In this document: positions 13,627 through 27,352 of the stretch, one piece after another
How positions within the stretch are numbered: position 1 is the stretch's first letter
Layout: each line of letters starts with the position of its first letter
NCBI RefSeq assembly: GCF_006345805.1
Contig: NC_043008.1
Coordinates: 18,972,001 to 19,036,000 of the forward strand
DNA from: Octopus sinensis
Taxonomy: Eukaryota
Direction: 5' to 3'
Length of the DNA: 64,000 nucleotides
The notes under the pieces: model-generated
Database searches by the model: none
Told to the model about the DNA's origin: nothing
What the model saw: only the letters and a program-made list of their open reading frames with translations
Made by a program: the position numbers and the translations under genes

Positions 13627-14308
13627 TCTACGTACGTATGTATGAACGCCTTGTGTCAAATTTAGGCACCAGAACTTGAAAGGGACTTTCTTTTATTGGC
13701 CCCGAAAGGCTGAAAAGTTAAGTTGATCTCGGTGGAATTTGAACTCATGTGTAAAGAACCAGAGAAAATATTTCCATGCAATTTTTCCGAGACGTTAACG
13801 ATTCTGCCAATCGCGGAAGAATGATTTCATATATATGCTCGCGCAAGTGTGTGTGTGTGTGTACGCTCGTACTTATATGCATCTAAATATACGATGTCTG
13901 AAATACAGAGGAGTTATGGCCGGAATATTTTTAATATATCTGTTGGATTACGGTAATCATGCTCTGAAATTAAACAACGATCAAGCTTCAAAAAAGCTTT
14001 TATAACTTTAGCTATTACGAGTATAACTTGAGAGCATGTACACCCTTTCACTGAGTATTTTAGATGCTTACGCAGTCACGAATATACATAGATACCTACT
14101 CGGCCCCAGTTTATCCTTTACCCAAAGGAAGATCGATCCCGTGACAGCTGGAGGGAGAAATGGCTACACCCGCACTAGACTGGTACGCATTTTCAGCCGA
14201 GTAAACTGGAAAACTTTGAAATTATGTCTTTTGGATAGAAACATCTCACACCATCCAATCTAGAAAGCGAGTTAACGATCTTAGAATCCCGAGTCGAACA
14301 ACATAACC

Positions 14309-14725
14309 TATTTCTTTACTACCCACAGGGAGCTAAACACAGAGAGGACAAACAAGGACAGACAAACGGATTAAGTCGATTATATCGACCCCAGTGCGTA
14401 ACTGGTACTTATTTAATCGACCCCGAAAGGATGAAAGGCAAAGTCGACCTCGGCGGAATTTGAACTCAGAACGTAACGGCAGACGAAATACCTATTTCTT
14501 TACTACCCACAAGGGGCTAAACACAGAGAGGACAAACAAGGACAGACAAACGGATCAAGTCGATTACATCGACCCCAGTGCGTAAATGGTACTTAATTTA
14601 TCGACCTCGAAAGGATGAAAGGCAAAGTCGACCTCGGCGGAATTTGAACTCAGAACGTAACGGCAGACGAAATACCGCTACGCATTTCACCCGGCGTGCT
14701 AACGTTTCTGCCAGCTTGCCGCCTT
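14309..14725 (-). mobile_element. SINE S1 dimer
   Basis: Tail tatttctttactaccc at 14309 and 14493 (184-bp period); head at 14725. Confidence 0.85.
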
Positions 14726-15111
14726 ATCGAACAACATAACCACCGAGTGAAACAGCAGGAATAACAATAATAACAATTGTTTTCGTTTGTTACGCATTTC
14801 AACGAAAAAGTAACATGTAAGAATGTTTTACGGCATGTCATGTTGATAAATGAGAAACACGAAGAACGGAGACAGGTTGAGCAGTTAGATTAATAAATAA
14901 TATCTCCACCTATGAGAGGAAAACTTGACAGAAGAATGTTAAAATTTGAGTTATATTTATTTTTTTAATATACGATATGCAACATGGATAGTCAGAATCG
15001 TTAGAACTTTGGGCAAAATGTCATGTAGATTCAGCGTTTATTTATGGATCAATATGTTCTGCGATTAAATCTTAAACGAGTCGACTACATCTTTTATCTT
15101 TCTGAAATAGT

Positions 15112-15487
15112 CGTGGCACTACGTCGGTTTACGACGATGAGGGTTCCAGTTAATCCGAACAACGGAATAGCCTGCTCGTGAAATTAACGTTTAGGGAGCT
15201 GAGCACTCCACAGACACGTGTACCCTTAACGTAGTTCTCGGAGAAAGTCAGCGAGTGTGACAAGGCTGGCCCTTTGAAATACAGGTACAGAAGAAACAGG
15301 AAGAAAGAATGAAAGAAAGTTGTGGTGAAAGGGTACAAGCAGGGTTCACCATCACCCGCTGCCGGGGCTTTGTGGAACTTTAGGTGTTTTCGCTCAATAA
15401 ACACTCACAACGCCCGGTTTTGGAATAGAAACTGTGATCCTATAACCGCGAGTCAACTGCCCTAACCACTGGGCCATTGCGCCTCCA
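15112..15487 (-). mobile_element. tRNA-derived SINE family S3 with a 14-bp TSD
   Basis: Head gaggcgcaatggcccagtggttagggcag on the minus strand. TSD ctttctgaaatagt at ~15098-15111 and ~15488-15501. Confidence 0.8.
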
Positions 15488-15651
15488 CTTTCTGAAATAG
15501 TAAATGTAAAGCATTGTCAAAGATCTCGAATGGACAAAACTGATTGTCTTCGTATCATAATGATTATTCAATGACCGTAATGGCTTGTCAAAATAGATTT
15601 TAAAAAAACTAAAAAGAATTAACCCACACGTTTCTGTCAGTATGCATGCAG

Positions 15652-15714
<63 letters not shown>

Positions 15715-15974
15715 CACAGAGAGAGGGAGAGCAATAAGAAAATGGAGGGGTTCAATAGGTGGTTCATCAATTTTTAGACATTATATTATGTCAATTTATT
15801 TATATATTTGCAAAAATAATAATTACAAGAATATACATACATGTATAACATATTTATGCTTTACATATAAAATATATTGATATATAAAGATACCAGTAAT
15901 TATCAAAATATAACATACAGGAATAGAAATTGGGAAAATATCTTACAGCTGTTTCAGCCGAGAGGCAAAAATAC

Positions 15975-16125
15975 CTCTGGTAATAGTGGTAATAGTATTA
16001 GTGATGGTGGTGGTGGCGGCAGTGGTGGTGATGGCGGCGCTGGTGGTAGCAGCGGTGATGGTGGCGGCGGCGGCGGCGGTGATGGTTGAGGCAGCATCGG
16101 TGGTTGTGGTGGTGGTGGTGTTAGT

Positions 16126-16164
<39 letters not shown>

Positions 16165-16196
16165 ATGTAGTAGTAATGGTAGTGGTGGTTTTGATG

Positions 16197-16238
<42 letters not shown>

Positions 16239-16295
16239 ATAGTAGTAGTAATGGCGGTGATGGTGATGGTGACGGTGATGGTAGTAGTAGTAGTT

Positions 16296-16330
<35 letters not shown>
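15975..16330. repeat. Compound (GGT/GGC)n and (AGT)n microsatellite
   Basis: Direct reading of the sequence. Confidence 0.85.
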
Positions 16331-16331
<1 letters not shown>

Positions 16332-17292
16332 ACGCATCGCGTTTCTTGACATGTTCGAGATTCGTCTTCATTTCAACACAAACTTCCTAATGAGTTGTTG
16401 GCGGATGTCGTAAAACCGACGGCGGGAATAAAAGCATAAATTTTTCGTTCGACCATTTGTTAAAACGACAGAAGATCCATGGCATGTCTTCAACGAATTA
16501 CGAACGACGGGAAGCAAAAGTAAAAGATTGCAGACATTTAATTACAGATTCATTAATGCATTAGACTAGTTTGTACGGCTGGTTGCAAATCTGAGCTCAT
16601 TAGCAGATAATGAAGTAAGATCTGGTTTGAATATATGTGTAACATATTAAAATGTCTCGAAGTTTACTTGAGGTAGGAAATTATTTCTCGAATTACATTT
16701 TTACTTTACAATCGATGAAGACTGAAGACGGTTTGCAGTCTTTTAATATCTGTTATTTTCTCAGGTATTCAGTCTGTTGAAGCGGAGATGAGGATGTTTT
16801 CTGCGCGTAGAAACAGGTATAATGGAAGTTTAGCAGCATGACAGGAACAATTATGGTCTTTCCGTAAACTATATTCTGTTGAGCCAATGGCGAAAGATTC
16901 TATAGGATGTATCATACTCCAAGTATAAAATTGAATTTTGGAAAATGTACCTAATCGTTTTAGTTCATTCGTTTGAACAGAACTAAGGTTGAATATATTC
17001 TCTGAACAGTGATATATTCTCTACAGCAACAAATGTGCAATCATGAACGAGTAGTCAGCTCCAGCTGCATTATGTCTGAAATGAAACGGGGGTGGTCACG
17101 AGTGGAAATCCTTTGAAAGTCGACCCGTTACATACGCAGACGTATCAAATATTAACGCATATATGTTTGTCTATATATATATATATATATAGTTGACAAA
17201 AGAAACAGACAAAACGACAAGAAGAAACAATAACGCGAGGACGTGGTACATACAAAGTATTAATAAGACGATGAGGGAAGGAAAGAAAGGGT

Positions 17293-17326
17293 GTTTTACG
17301 TTTCGAGCAAAGGTCTTCTTCAAAGA
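17293..17326 (-). ncRNA. Decayed minimal hammerhead-like motif
   Basis: Minus strand TTGAAGA-A-GACC(ttt)GCTC-GAAACGTA-aaac; two substitutions relative to the family pattern. Confidence 0.35.
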
Positions 17327-17457
17327 TAGGAGACAGAGGAACGTTCAATAGGAAAGGAAGAAAAATCGCCAACAATCGACATATATATATATATATATAT
17401 ATAATATATATATATATATATCTATATATATATATATATATATAATATATATATAAT

Positions 17458-17492
<35 letters not shown>

Positions 17493-17505
17493 TATGTATA
17501 AAAAG

Positions 17506-17987
17506 TACAAAAATTGGGCAAGAACGCAAAACATCCAGACAGTTAGGTGATACAAAAAAGGACAACATTCGGAGTTATTCCTCCCTGTGCCTGCCCAATC
17601 TTATATCCCTGCCGTAAGGCTTTATTTCCACACACGCCAGCTTAATATAATTTGTCCATAGTCGAAAGACACCCGTTCTCACTGTCCTGTTATTTGTATC
17701 TGTGCACCATTTCTCCGTTTTTCCCGTCCTTGTTTTCGTATATATTCGCTGCTTTCTTCCAAGGAATATAGCGCTCTTAGCTTTGTTTTTCCTTGGGGCT
17801 GGCCAGAACGGAGCAATCTCGAGTATAACCAGCCGAAATTGCAAAGATTATCTGGAACTCGACTGAGGATAGAAAGCTTCGAATGACCCGTCCTTGTTTT
17901 CTTTGTATCGTCTGCCTGGATGTTTTGTAGCCCCTTTTTGTATCACCTAACTGTCCGGATGTTTTGCGTTCTTGTCCCATATTTGTA
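17506..17987. mobile_element. Element with ~55-bp inverted ends between (TA)n arrays (Penelope-like)
   Basis: 17506-17561 is the reverse complement of 17933-17987. No intact ORF. Confidence 0.6.
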
Positions 17988-17992
17988 TTTCC

Positions 17993-18027
<35 letters not shown>

Positions 18028-18514
18028 CGTGTGTGTGTGTATGTGTGTATCTTACAGCAGGAAGAATATTGACTGTGAAGTTCGGTCAGCTAACCCATCA
18101 TTGGACTGTACCAGATTAAGTTAATCTTGGCTTTATATAGTCTATGTTGAGATAAACAGAGGTTTGGGGGCTTTAGTTGAATGGTAATCAAATTGTTGTT
18201 TGGGTTATGATGTAGAGGTGTCGCTACCATTCAAAAGTATGGAGTAACACTTGAGATTAATATAAAATTGTCTTTATCATAAGTGAACATCAAAATAGAC
18301 ATAAATGTCTAGTGCAAATAGACAACAAGGTAACACCGTTAGTAGGATGGTGAGAGGGGACGTCGGAGAGAAAGAGGGGACGCTAGGCTAAGTGAAGTTA
18401 AACTAAGTTAGGAGGAATGAAGGACAGGAGGAATGGACAGATAGACGGGAATGATAATTGCCTGAGATGCACCAATAACTTATAGACATTAATGTATACT
18501 TACATATGTATTAC

Positions 18515-18565
<51 letters not shown>

Positions 18566-18579
18566 TGAATGTATACATA

Positions 18580-19341
18580 AAGATTAATTGTTATTTTTCG
18601 AGATACTTCTAATAATAATTATAATTTTGTTAGGTTTAGTGGTAAAAATAATAGATATTATAAAAAAAATAATAAAAATGATAAAAATATAAATAAGAAT
18701 AAAATAATAATAATAAAATAATAATAATAATATAAATAAGAATAATATAAATAAAATAAATTTAATAATTATTATAATAATTATATTGATAAATTAATAA
18801 TATTAATAATTCCTAAATGCTGTATAGATATAATTCTGATAATAATTTTAATAAAATAAAGAATTATAAATATATTTATAATAATGATAATAATAATAAG
18901 GTTAATAAGAATAAAATTTGGTTAATAGTTCCTTATGGAGATCAAGTAAAAACGAATATTATTAAAGAGATTTTAGATGTTATAGAACTATTTATTAGAG
19001 ATAATATTGATTATATATGGATTATATATAGGTTATATATGGATTATATACTTATATTTTTTCATTCATACTTTAATTATTTTAAAATTATTATTTTTAT
19101 ATTTTAAAATATTGATTTTTTAGATTGGAAGTCCACCTGAAGATTGTCGATCAAGACAAGAAACGATTGTAGTGGCGGTTTTTTTTGACTATTTATTAAA
19201 ATTTTATGTATTGATTAAGTCTTTCCTTGTTTGTTTTGCAAAATAGTGGTTTTGTCTCTAATAAATTTTATAATATTTTACTATAAAATGGATTTAATCC
19301 TAAATCTGATTTTTTCCCTGTAAATTTGGATTTATTCCCTA

Positions 19342-19345
<4 letters not shown>
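18580..19345 (+). mobile_element. Decayed Penelope-like retroelement fragment
   Basis: Very AT-rich frame with IWLIVPYGDQVKTNIIKEIL, followed by a hammerhead (19133-19175). The terminal ~75 bp recur inverted at 49838-49915. Confidence 0.5.
19133..19175 (+). ncRNA. Type I hammerhead ribozyme motif (intact core)
   Basis: ccac-CTGAAGA-TTGTC(gatcaa)GACAA-GAAA-C(gatt)G-TA|gtgg. Stem I ccac/gtgg, 5-bp stem II, GUA triplet, predicted cut after 19171. Lies at the 3' side of an AT-rich Penelope-like fragment. Confidence 0.8.
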
Positions 19346-19394
<49 letters not shown>

Positions 19395-19395
19395 G

Positions 19396-19426
<31 letters not shown>

Positions 19427-19898
19427 ATATGTTTGTATGTGTGTATGTATGGATCAAAACTGCTTGATTCAGACATGTTACCCATATACCTACATCAAAC
19501 CAGGACACCGCGTGACCTTGCTCGACCAGTCGCAGCCCACCTCACGGTAATAGCAATCAGCTTCTGCCATTCAAATTCAAAATGGCTAGCATTGTGCTTG
19601 AAACTCAAGAGTACCAACGAATTTGAATCAAACAGTTTCGATAAATACATGTAACTTCCCAAAAGCTGGTTGAGTGCTTTCGCTTGTCCACTCATTCGTG
19701 CGTATATTTCGGGACGGGAATTTTTTTCTTGCCGAATAAACACACGCACTATATATTCGTTTTTCACGTGTTTATTATTGTTCATATTTTATCGTGTTTA
19801 TTATTGTTCATATGTTTCGTCACACAAACGTAATCTCTTGACCGACTTTCCATCCGAAGTGTTTCTCCTGCTGTTCTGTTTGGGCCATTATGTCTTCA

Positions 19899-19930
<32 letters not shown>

Positions 19931-20893
19931 AATTATTATTTAAAAAATGGTAACTCTGATACAAGTTCAGAAAAACCAAGAAATGACATCCTACCCTACT
20001 TACCAACGAATATATAATCACGATTTAAATACCAATGAATATAAACTCGCACGCTTTCACGAAATTTTATTCAAATACACAGACGAATATCCTTGGCAGA
20101 ATTTATTGACTAAAATCTGCCAAAGAAATTGTTAGTTATTTCTTATATTTATCATAACGTTTATAAAGCCCTTACTAAGCAGGTTTCATTTTCCCTACAC
20201 ATGAAAAACTCATATTATTGCATTTTGTGCCAAATTTCTTTTTTTATAGCAGCTTTAACACCGTATGTCTATTGCTTTTATTGTTCATTTCTTTTTTTTT
20301 TGCCATTTATTTTTTTGAATATATTTTCCCGTGTTCTTCCTGTTTCATAAGAAATAAGAAACTGTTACTAAATAACAATAGTTTTTTTTAGGAGAGTAAA
20401 TACAAATTAATCGATAAATTTCCATCAGTATTCTTCCTTATCTCTCTCATCATTCTCACCTGTATCTCACAATCTCTCTACTTCTCTCTCTCTCTCTTCC
20501 TCTTTTCCATTTCTTTTCGCTCCTTTCCTTCTTTCAGTATATTTCTATATATGTGTGTATGTATTCGATATATATATACACATATATTTACTTGTATATA
20601 AAATATATATATAGGTAGATATATGTATATATATATATATATATATAGATAGATATATGTATATATATGAATCTAGTTACATATATTCACACATATATAT
20701 ATATAGATATATACATGAATATATATATGTAACATATATATATATATGAATATATATATATATATGCATATATATATACAAATATATATATACATACAAT
20801 ATATAGATATATATATATATACTCGTATATATATATACATATGAATATTATATATGTATATATATGCAAGTATGAAGGTATCATCTATCGATC

Positions 20894-20934
<41 letters not shown>

Positions 20935-20958
20935 TATAATATATATTATATATATATA

Positions 20959-21490
20959 TACTAGCAGTATCGCCCGCGTTGCTGGTTTGTAAGGGAAATA
21001 ACTATATAAGCATTTTTAGAGAGTTACTTCCCTTATAGATGCCAATTCGAGCTTTCTTAGCCATTTCTGTTTTGGTGTCTTCAAGCCATGAAGTCGTTGT
21101 TCTAAAAGAACGCTGGTCTCCTTGACAACGCATTACGACGTTGATTTCCTAAAACTCCCTTCCCCACAGCTTCACGAGGGAGGGAAGGGAAGTAGGGGGA
21201 GAAGCAAACACAGGTGCAGGTGTTTGAGCGTGGACGCCAACTCCGCCGCCATCGACACACGAAAAATTATGCATTAAAATGGAATAAAAAATGATGTTAA
21301 ATTATTTTTTAAATCGTAGACTCATCGTAGACGCGCGCTAATAGCCAGACGGGCTCGATATTAATCACGACTATAAGATATCCGAATTTGGTTAAACTGC
21401 ACCGCAAAATGTGGGAGGAGTTAGGAATCTAAATCGTAGGAGACAGACACTCACACAACTACAGTTTTATATATATATATATATATATTA
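20959..21490 (+). mobile_element. Non-autonomous Helitron/Helentron-like (HINE/DINE-like) element in (TA)n
   Basis: Starts actagcagtatcgcccgcgttgc and ends ...agacagacactcacac...ttttatatata. A truncated relative starts at 39799. Confidence 0.55.
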
Positions 21491-21645
21491 ATAAAACGAG
21501 TTCCATCCTTATCTGATTTTCACGTTTTATTTACAATTGTATATATATATATATATACATATATATACATACATACATACATATATGAATATATATATGT
21601 ATATACACACGAGTGTATTTGTGTGCATGTGTGTGAGCGTGGGTG

Positions 21646-21960
21646 AAGGCGTATGGCTTAGTGTTTAAAGTATTGGGCTCAGAATCGTAAAGTGTCGAGT
21701 TCGTTTCCCGGCGGCTCGTTATGACTTTCAGCTAGATACCTCATTTCCCGTAGCTCTAGTGCACACATGTGACAAAAATGATTTCTAAGGGTATTCCAAA
21801 GGGCCGGCCTTGTCACATTCTATGTCACACTGAATTTCTCTGAGAACTACGTTTTAGGGTACACGTGACTGTGGAGTGCTTAGCTAGTTTTACATGTAAG
21901 CTTTTCGTTTGATCTGAACAACCTCCAACTTTTATCGTCGTAACCGTCAGTGTGCTTTTA
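21646..21960 (+). mobile_element. SINE S3, diverged copy
   Basis: ggcgtatggcttagtg...gagttcgtttccc...ccttgtcacattctatgtcacactgaat...cgtaaccg. Confidence 0.65.
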
Positions 21961-22409
21961 ACCCTTTTCATGATCAATAAACAAATATGTAGAAGTCAGG
22001 TACTGAGATCGACGTAATCGACTTCCCCTCCCCTCAAAAACTGCTGATTACGCGTCAGAATTTGAAACCATTATCGGCGACGAACTGGCAGAACCGTCAG
22101 CACACCGATAAAATGCTTAGCAGCGTTTCGTCCGTCATCACGTTCTGAATCCAATCTCCGCCTTGAGCAATTGTGCCTGTCATCATTGCCCGGCCGATGA
22201 AACAGGCGAGATGGGTTTGGGTCCCATGGCAGACTTGACTGGCCATGAGTTTATAGTACAAAGGATTATTATTATTATTATTATTATTATTTTATTATTA
22301 TTATTATCATCATCATCATCATCGTCATCATCATTATTATTATTATCATTATTATCATTATTATTATTATCATTATTAATATTATTATTATTATTATTAT
22401 TATTACTTT

Positions 22410-22596
22410 TTTTTTTCTTCTTTCAAATTTCTTCCATTTCTTGCCGAGTGTCTTCCCGACTCCTAGAGCAAAGAAACTCATAGTGTATATTGGTAGGCCA
22501 TTAAACCAAACTCAGTAGTTCGTTCATTTTTTTAAGTTAAACTTAAAATACATGAGCAGCAACAGTTCTCACATCGACAATGCTCTTCTCAATACC

Positions 22597-22659
<63 letters not shown>

Positions 22660-23400
22660 TTGTCTCATTTTTATCACGTGCTGTCACTGCACTACCGAGC
22701 GCAGCTTTGTGTGCCTTGGGAATGTGCTGTGCTTTGTTGTGGTGCTCTTCTTTTCACTGTATTGAAAGTGTTTTACGTAGGATGTATGCGGTGTCTAGTA
22801 GTGTTATTTTCTGTATGTTATACATATTTGTTAGTCCTGGTGTTTTTTGTTATGTATTTATCTGAATATTTTTTAGCACACCTAATGCGCCCACTATGAT
22901 AGGAACGCTTTCCGTTTTTAGACGCCACATTCGTGTTACCTCTATTTCCAAATTTTGTATTTTGAAAGTTTCTCCATTTCTTTTAGAGAAACGTTATTAT
23001 TATTATTATTGTTGTTGTTGTTGTTGCTGTTGTTGTTGTTGTTGTTGTTGTTGTGTTGTTATATATTATATTTTATTACTTTTTTTTCTTCTTTCAAATT
23101 TGCTTCCATTTCTTGCCGAGTGTCTTCCCGACTCCTAGGGCAAAGAAACTCATAGTATACATGGTAGGCCATTAAACCAAACTCAGTAGTTCATTCATTT
23201 TTTTTTTTAAAGTTAAATTAAAATACATGAGCAGCAACAGTTCTCACATCGACAATGCTCTTCTCAATACGTGTGATGTACAGTTAAGACAATCTTTGCA
23301 CTTCTTGCAGGGATGTAAGCAGGGATCATTCTCATATAATTTTCGGTTCCCTTCTTGATTTCCTAGTGCTCCTACGATCACTGGTATTGTAACCGCCTTA
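22410..23400 (-). mobile_element. Stack of three R4/Dong-like 3' ends (A, B, A) separated by (TAA)n/(CAA)n
   Basis: 22410-22590 and 23075-23400 match 54472-54810 (family A); 22656-22992 matches 56274-56590 (family B). Confidence 0.85.
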
Positions 23401-23436
23401 TTATTATTATTATTATTATTAATATTATTATTATTA

Positions 23437-23484
<48 letters not shown>

Positions 23485-23489
23485 TCGTT

Positions 23490-23650
23490 AGAACGCAGAA
23501 CTAAATGGTTAGCAGTATTTCACCCGTCGCTACGTTCTGAGTTCAAATTCCATCGAGTTCCACTTTGCCTTTCATCCTTTCTGGAATGATAAATTAAACA
23601 CCAGTAAAACACTGGGGTCGATGTAATTATCTTAATCCCCTCCCCCAAGT
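23490..23650 (+). mobile_element. SINE S1 partial copy
   Basis: cgctacgttctgagttcaaattcc...tttgcctttcatcc...actggggtcgatgtaat. Confidence 0.65.
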
Positions 23651-23720
23651 TGACAGAGAGAGAGAGAGGAATAGACACACAGACAGGTAGATAGATAAAT
23701 AGACAGACAGACAGACAGAC

Positions 23721-23802
<82 letters not shown>

Positions 23803-24284
23803 CAACAGACAAACACACATATTTGCTCAGTAGTTTCGCTTCGTATATAGTTTGTGTCTAATTGCAATGGAAACCAACTAAAAAGAAAGAAAAAGAAAAT
23901 CTACCAAACATATAAAAACATATAAAAACATGACATGTACAAAGGGGGAACAACTGATTCAGCAAAAAAAAAACCTTCTTCACAAACATTTATTTCAATC
24001 TTCAGTGTTATCATTAGCACGAATTCTATATATTATTGCTATCACGCTCAATACCACAAAAAGCAGCTCGATATAAAACGCAAACTGATAGATTGCAAAA
24101 ACGTAAAAATAGCAAAACTATATTCTCCATATTTTTCTACCAATGCTATAATAAAAACTACCTACCGCCATTGTTTGTTTGTTTGTTTTTTTTCCGTCTC
24201 AGTCCAGAGACGCTGCTGCTAATGCTGTCATAAGTATGCCACCAACAACACCAACAGCAACGCCACCATCACCACAACTACTAC

Positions 24285-24351
<67 letters not shown>

Positions 24352-24426
24352 CAACAACAATAACAATAATAATACCAACAACAACGACAATAACAACAAC
24401 CACAACAACAATAACAACAAAACAAC

Positions 24427-24488
<62 letters not shown>

Positions 24489-24779
24489 TAATGCATGAAA
24501 TATGTATAGATAGATAGATAGATAGATAGGCACACACACACATACACACACAGAGGCTGACAGATAGGTAGATAGTTGGATGGAGATGTTACATATATTA
24601 CATATATAAATACATATATAAATATATGTATACATACATATATATATATATCTATATATTATATATATTATATATTACATTTGTGTTTATATATAAATAT
24701 ATATACGTGTGTTTGTATATATATATTTATACATATACATATATATATATATACAGGATTCGATGGATGAACCGCGGCC

Positions 24780-25660
24780 ATTTTTTATCTTTAATTCTGC
24801 CCATGCGTATTGTTTGCTTTTGATTTATCGACCACCCAGTTTAGAAGGATCAGTTGGGCACCGTCTGTAAGAAAAACAGCACCATGACGTTGTTCACTCC
24901 GCCAGAAATTTGGAAACGACATGCAGTACTACTTGGCATTCGCGCCGGAAGCTTCAATACGAACATTTCAGATAGTTTGCGTATCAATCTGAGGACAGTG
25001 TAGAGGATTCGGAAAGAGTTGGATGAGTCTAATGGTGAATGCGAAAGTACTGCACCTCGGTAAACTCACACTGATCGTTCTGATAAGAAAAGAACTCCGG
25101 AATTTGTTGGTGAGATCCAGGCTATGAGTTTCATATTACGCAAGTAATGCATGAAGACATTCGCTATGTGAGAAAGGATTAATAAAGTAAGAAAGGATTA
25201 ATGTTTATCCCAAGTCATCAAGGGCAAGACTACCCAATCAAGATCAAACTCAAGTATCCCCTCCAACTGAACATGCTTTAGTTTTTCTCACTCAAGAAAA
25301 CATTTCTGTCAGGATCAGATGGTAAATACACAGAATGACTGTTGGCTCGCAGTGTCCTCAAAACATGTACTGAGAGTGATAAAAATCAAACATCCAGTCA
25401 ACATCATACTGCTTGGCGTGATTACTAGTAATGGCGACGTTTTGCCTCCATTTATCTTCCCACACGGCCTCAGACTCAACACGAAGGTCTACATCAAGTT
25501 CCCGGAGGAGATAGTGCTGCCCTGAGTCAAGGGGATGACTGCTGGAAGATCCTATATCTTGTTACAGGACTCTACACCATGCTACACAAGCAGGAGAACC
25601 CAGACCTCACTGTCAGTCATGTTCTGCTACCACATCACCCCTAACATCCAGCCACCTAAT
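24780..25660 (+). mobile_element. Tc1/mariner-superfamily transposase remnant (possibly DD37D/maT-like)
   Basis: Broken frames MTLFTPPEIWKRHAVLLGIRAG (HTH region), HPVNIILLGVITSNGDVLPPFIFPHGLRLN, QDSTPCYTSRRTQ, HITPNIQPPN. Confidence 0.75.
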
Positions 25661-25717
25661 GATATATGTATAGTTATAGACAGACAGATAGACAGATTGA
25701 TCGATAGGGACAGAGAT

Positions 25718-25759
<42 letters not shown>

Positions 25760-25766
25760 GGAAAGG

Positions 25767-25842
<76 letters not shown>

Positions 25843-26176
25843 TTCATGAGCAGGCTGTTGATTTTAATCGGATAAACTGGAAGCATAATTATATTTAAAT
25901 CTAACAAATATAAATACCTAAATAACTAAACACTGTGACGTAAAATTCTTTTTTTATTTTTTTCGTTCTTTCGTTACCCAAAGACGTCATCATAATTTTA
26001 AATCCTAAGCTATGTTTTCTGAGAACATTCTATTTCTTCTTAAAGTTCTTTTCGTATGCGTTCCACTATCAGAGATATTATTTCAGTTAACTTTGAATTT
26101 GGGTCAACTTGATAACATTGCGTTAGCATAAATTTTCGGATATATTGAATTGTACATTTTTCCATATCTAAATATT

Positions 26177-26276
26177 NNNNNNNNNNNNNNNNNNNNNNNN
26201 NNNNNNNNNNNNNNNNNNNNNNNNNNNNNNNNNNNNNNNNNNNNNNNNNNNNNNNNNNNNNNNNNNNNNNNNNNNN
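26177..26276. other. Assembly gap (100 N; true size unknown)
   Basis: Run of N. Confidence 0.99.
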
Positions 26277-26944
26277 TAAAATATATATATAATTTCTTTA
26301 TTTTTTTCTTTCTGCCACCCAACGGTTATCACGGCAGTAGCCACTGACACCCGAACGATCAAACGCACACACGTACACAAAATGTTTTCTACCCCTACGC
26401 CAACAACACATATATAGAACAGTATACACACACACACGTCTCTAAGTAGATTTTTTCTCGCCCCTTATAAAACATCCAATATTCTTTAAATAGTCAGAAC
26501 TTTATTCTCGGTCACAAAGAACATCTATACACCCTCACCCACATGTTTGACCGATGCCTGACCTGTTGAATTCTTCAGCCACCGGTTCTCAACATACACT
26601 GATAAACAGTTCGCCATGGGCTCTTAGGAGCACAGTTCGATTTGTTTTGCTCTGCCTCTGTTCTGTTTTTGTTTTTCCAACGGATTTCCTTTTTTCTTCC
26701 TGAAGAGAAAGACACAATATGGTCCCATTATTCAATCGGATTTTGGTCATTTGTGCCTTTCGAAACACGTGTAGAATGAAATAAAACGATTTCTGTTCAA
26801 TCTGCATTCAGCTCCATTTCTTCAATTCACCAATAATGTTATATATATATATATATATATATACCTAATGTAGGATGAAATATTTTTCGAAAAAATTTTT
26901 ATCAATGGCCAGCATATTAAAAAATACCTTTAAAGGTTAAATTT

Positions 26945-27160
26945 ATAAACAACTTATAAATAAGGGCAAACGAAAAAAAATTCTAATGCCAAATATGCCG
27001 AAATTAGACACATTGTCCATAACCATATAATTTTTTCTGTCGACCTTTTTCGAGTAGCGTGCGTATTGTGAAAAATTTACATGGTTATGGACAATGTGTC
27101 TAACTTCGGCATATTTGGCATTAGAAATTTTCTCGTTTGCCCTATTATAAGTTGTTTTAT
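26945..27160. repeat. Inverted repeat, ~80-bp arms and ~53-bp spacer (MITE or Penelope-end-like)
   Basis: ataaacaacttata...ccataaccat (26945-27027) mirrors atggttatgg...tataagttgttttat (27081-27160). Confidence 0.8.
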
Positions 27161-27254
<94 letters not shown>

Positions 27255-27289
27255 TAAATGTGCTGTATTTGTTTAAGTAACTGACTTAC

Positions 27290-27352
27290 CGCAGTTTCGT
27301 TTGATAAGTCTTCTAAGGTGACTTTTTCGTTCTCAACATTAAGATACGTCAT
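27290..27352 (-). CDS. M13 peptidase exon (last confidently placed exon)
   Basis: Acceptor tgtttacttgcAG, donor GTaagt, phase 0/0. Encodes MTYLNVENEKVTLEDLSNETA (tl.eL motif). Confidence 0.7.

Noticed and set aside
25975-26700. Open frames flanking the gap (MEKCTIQY...IRKEL and the 26598-26699 segment) as the next M13 exons
   Set aside because: No recognisable M13 motifs in the required phase, and in-frame stops without suitable donors.
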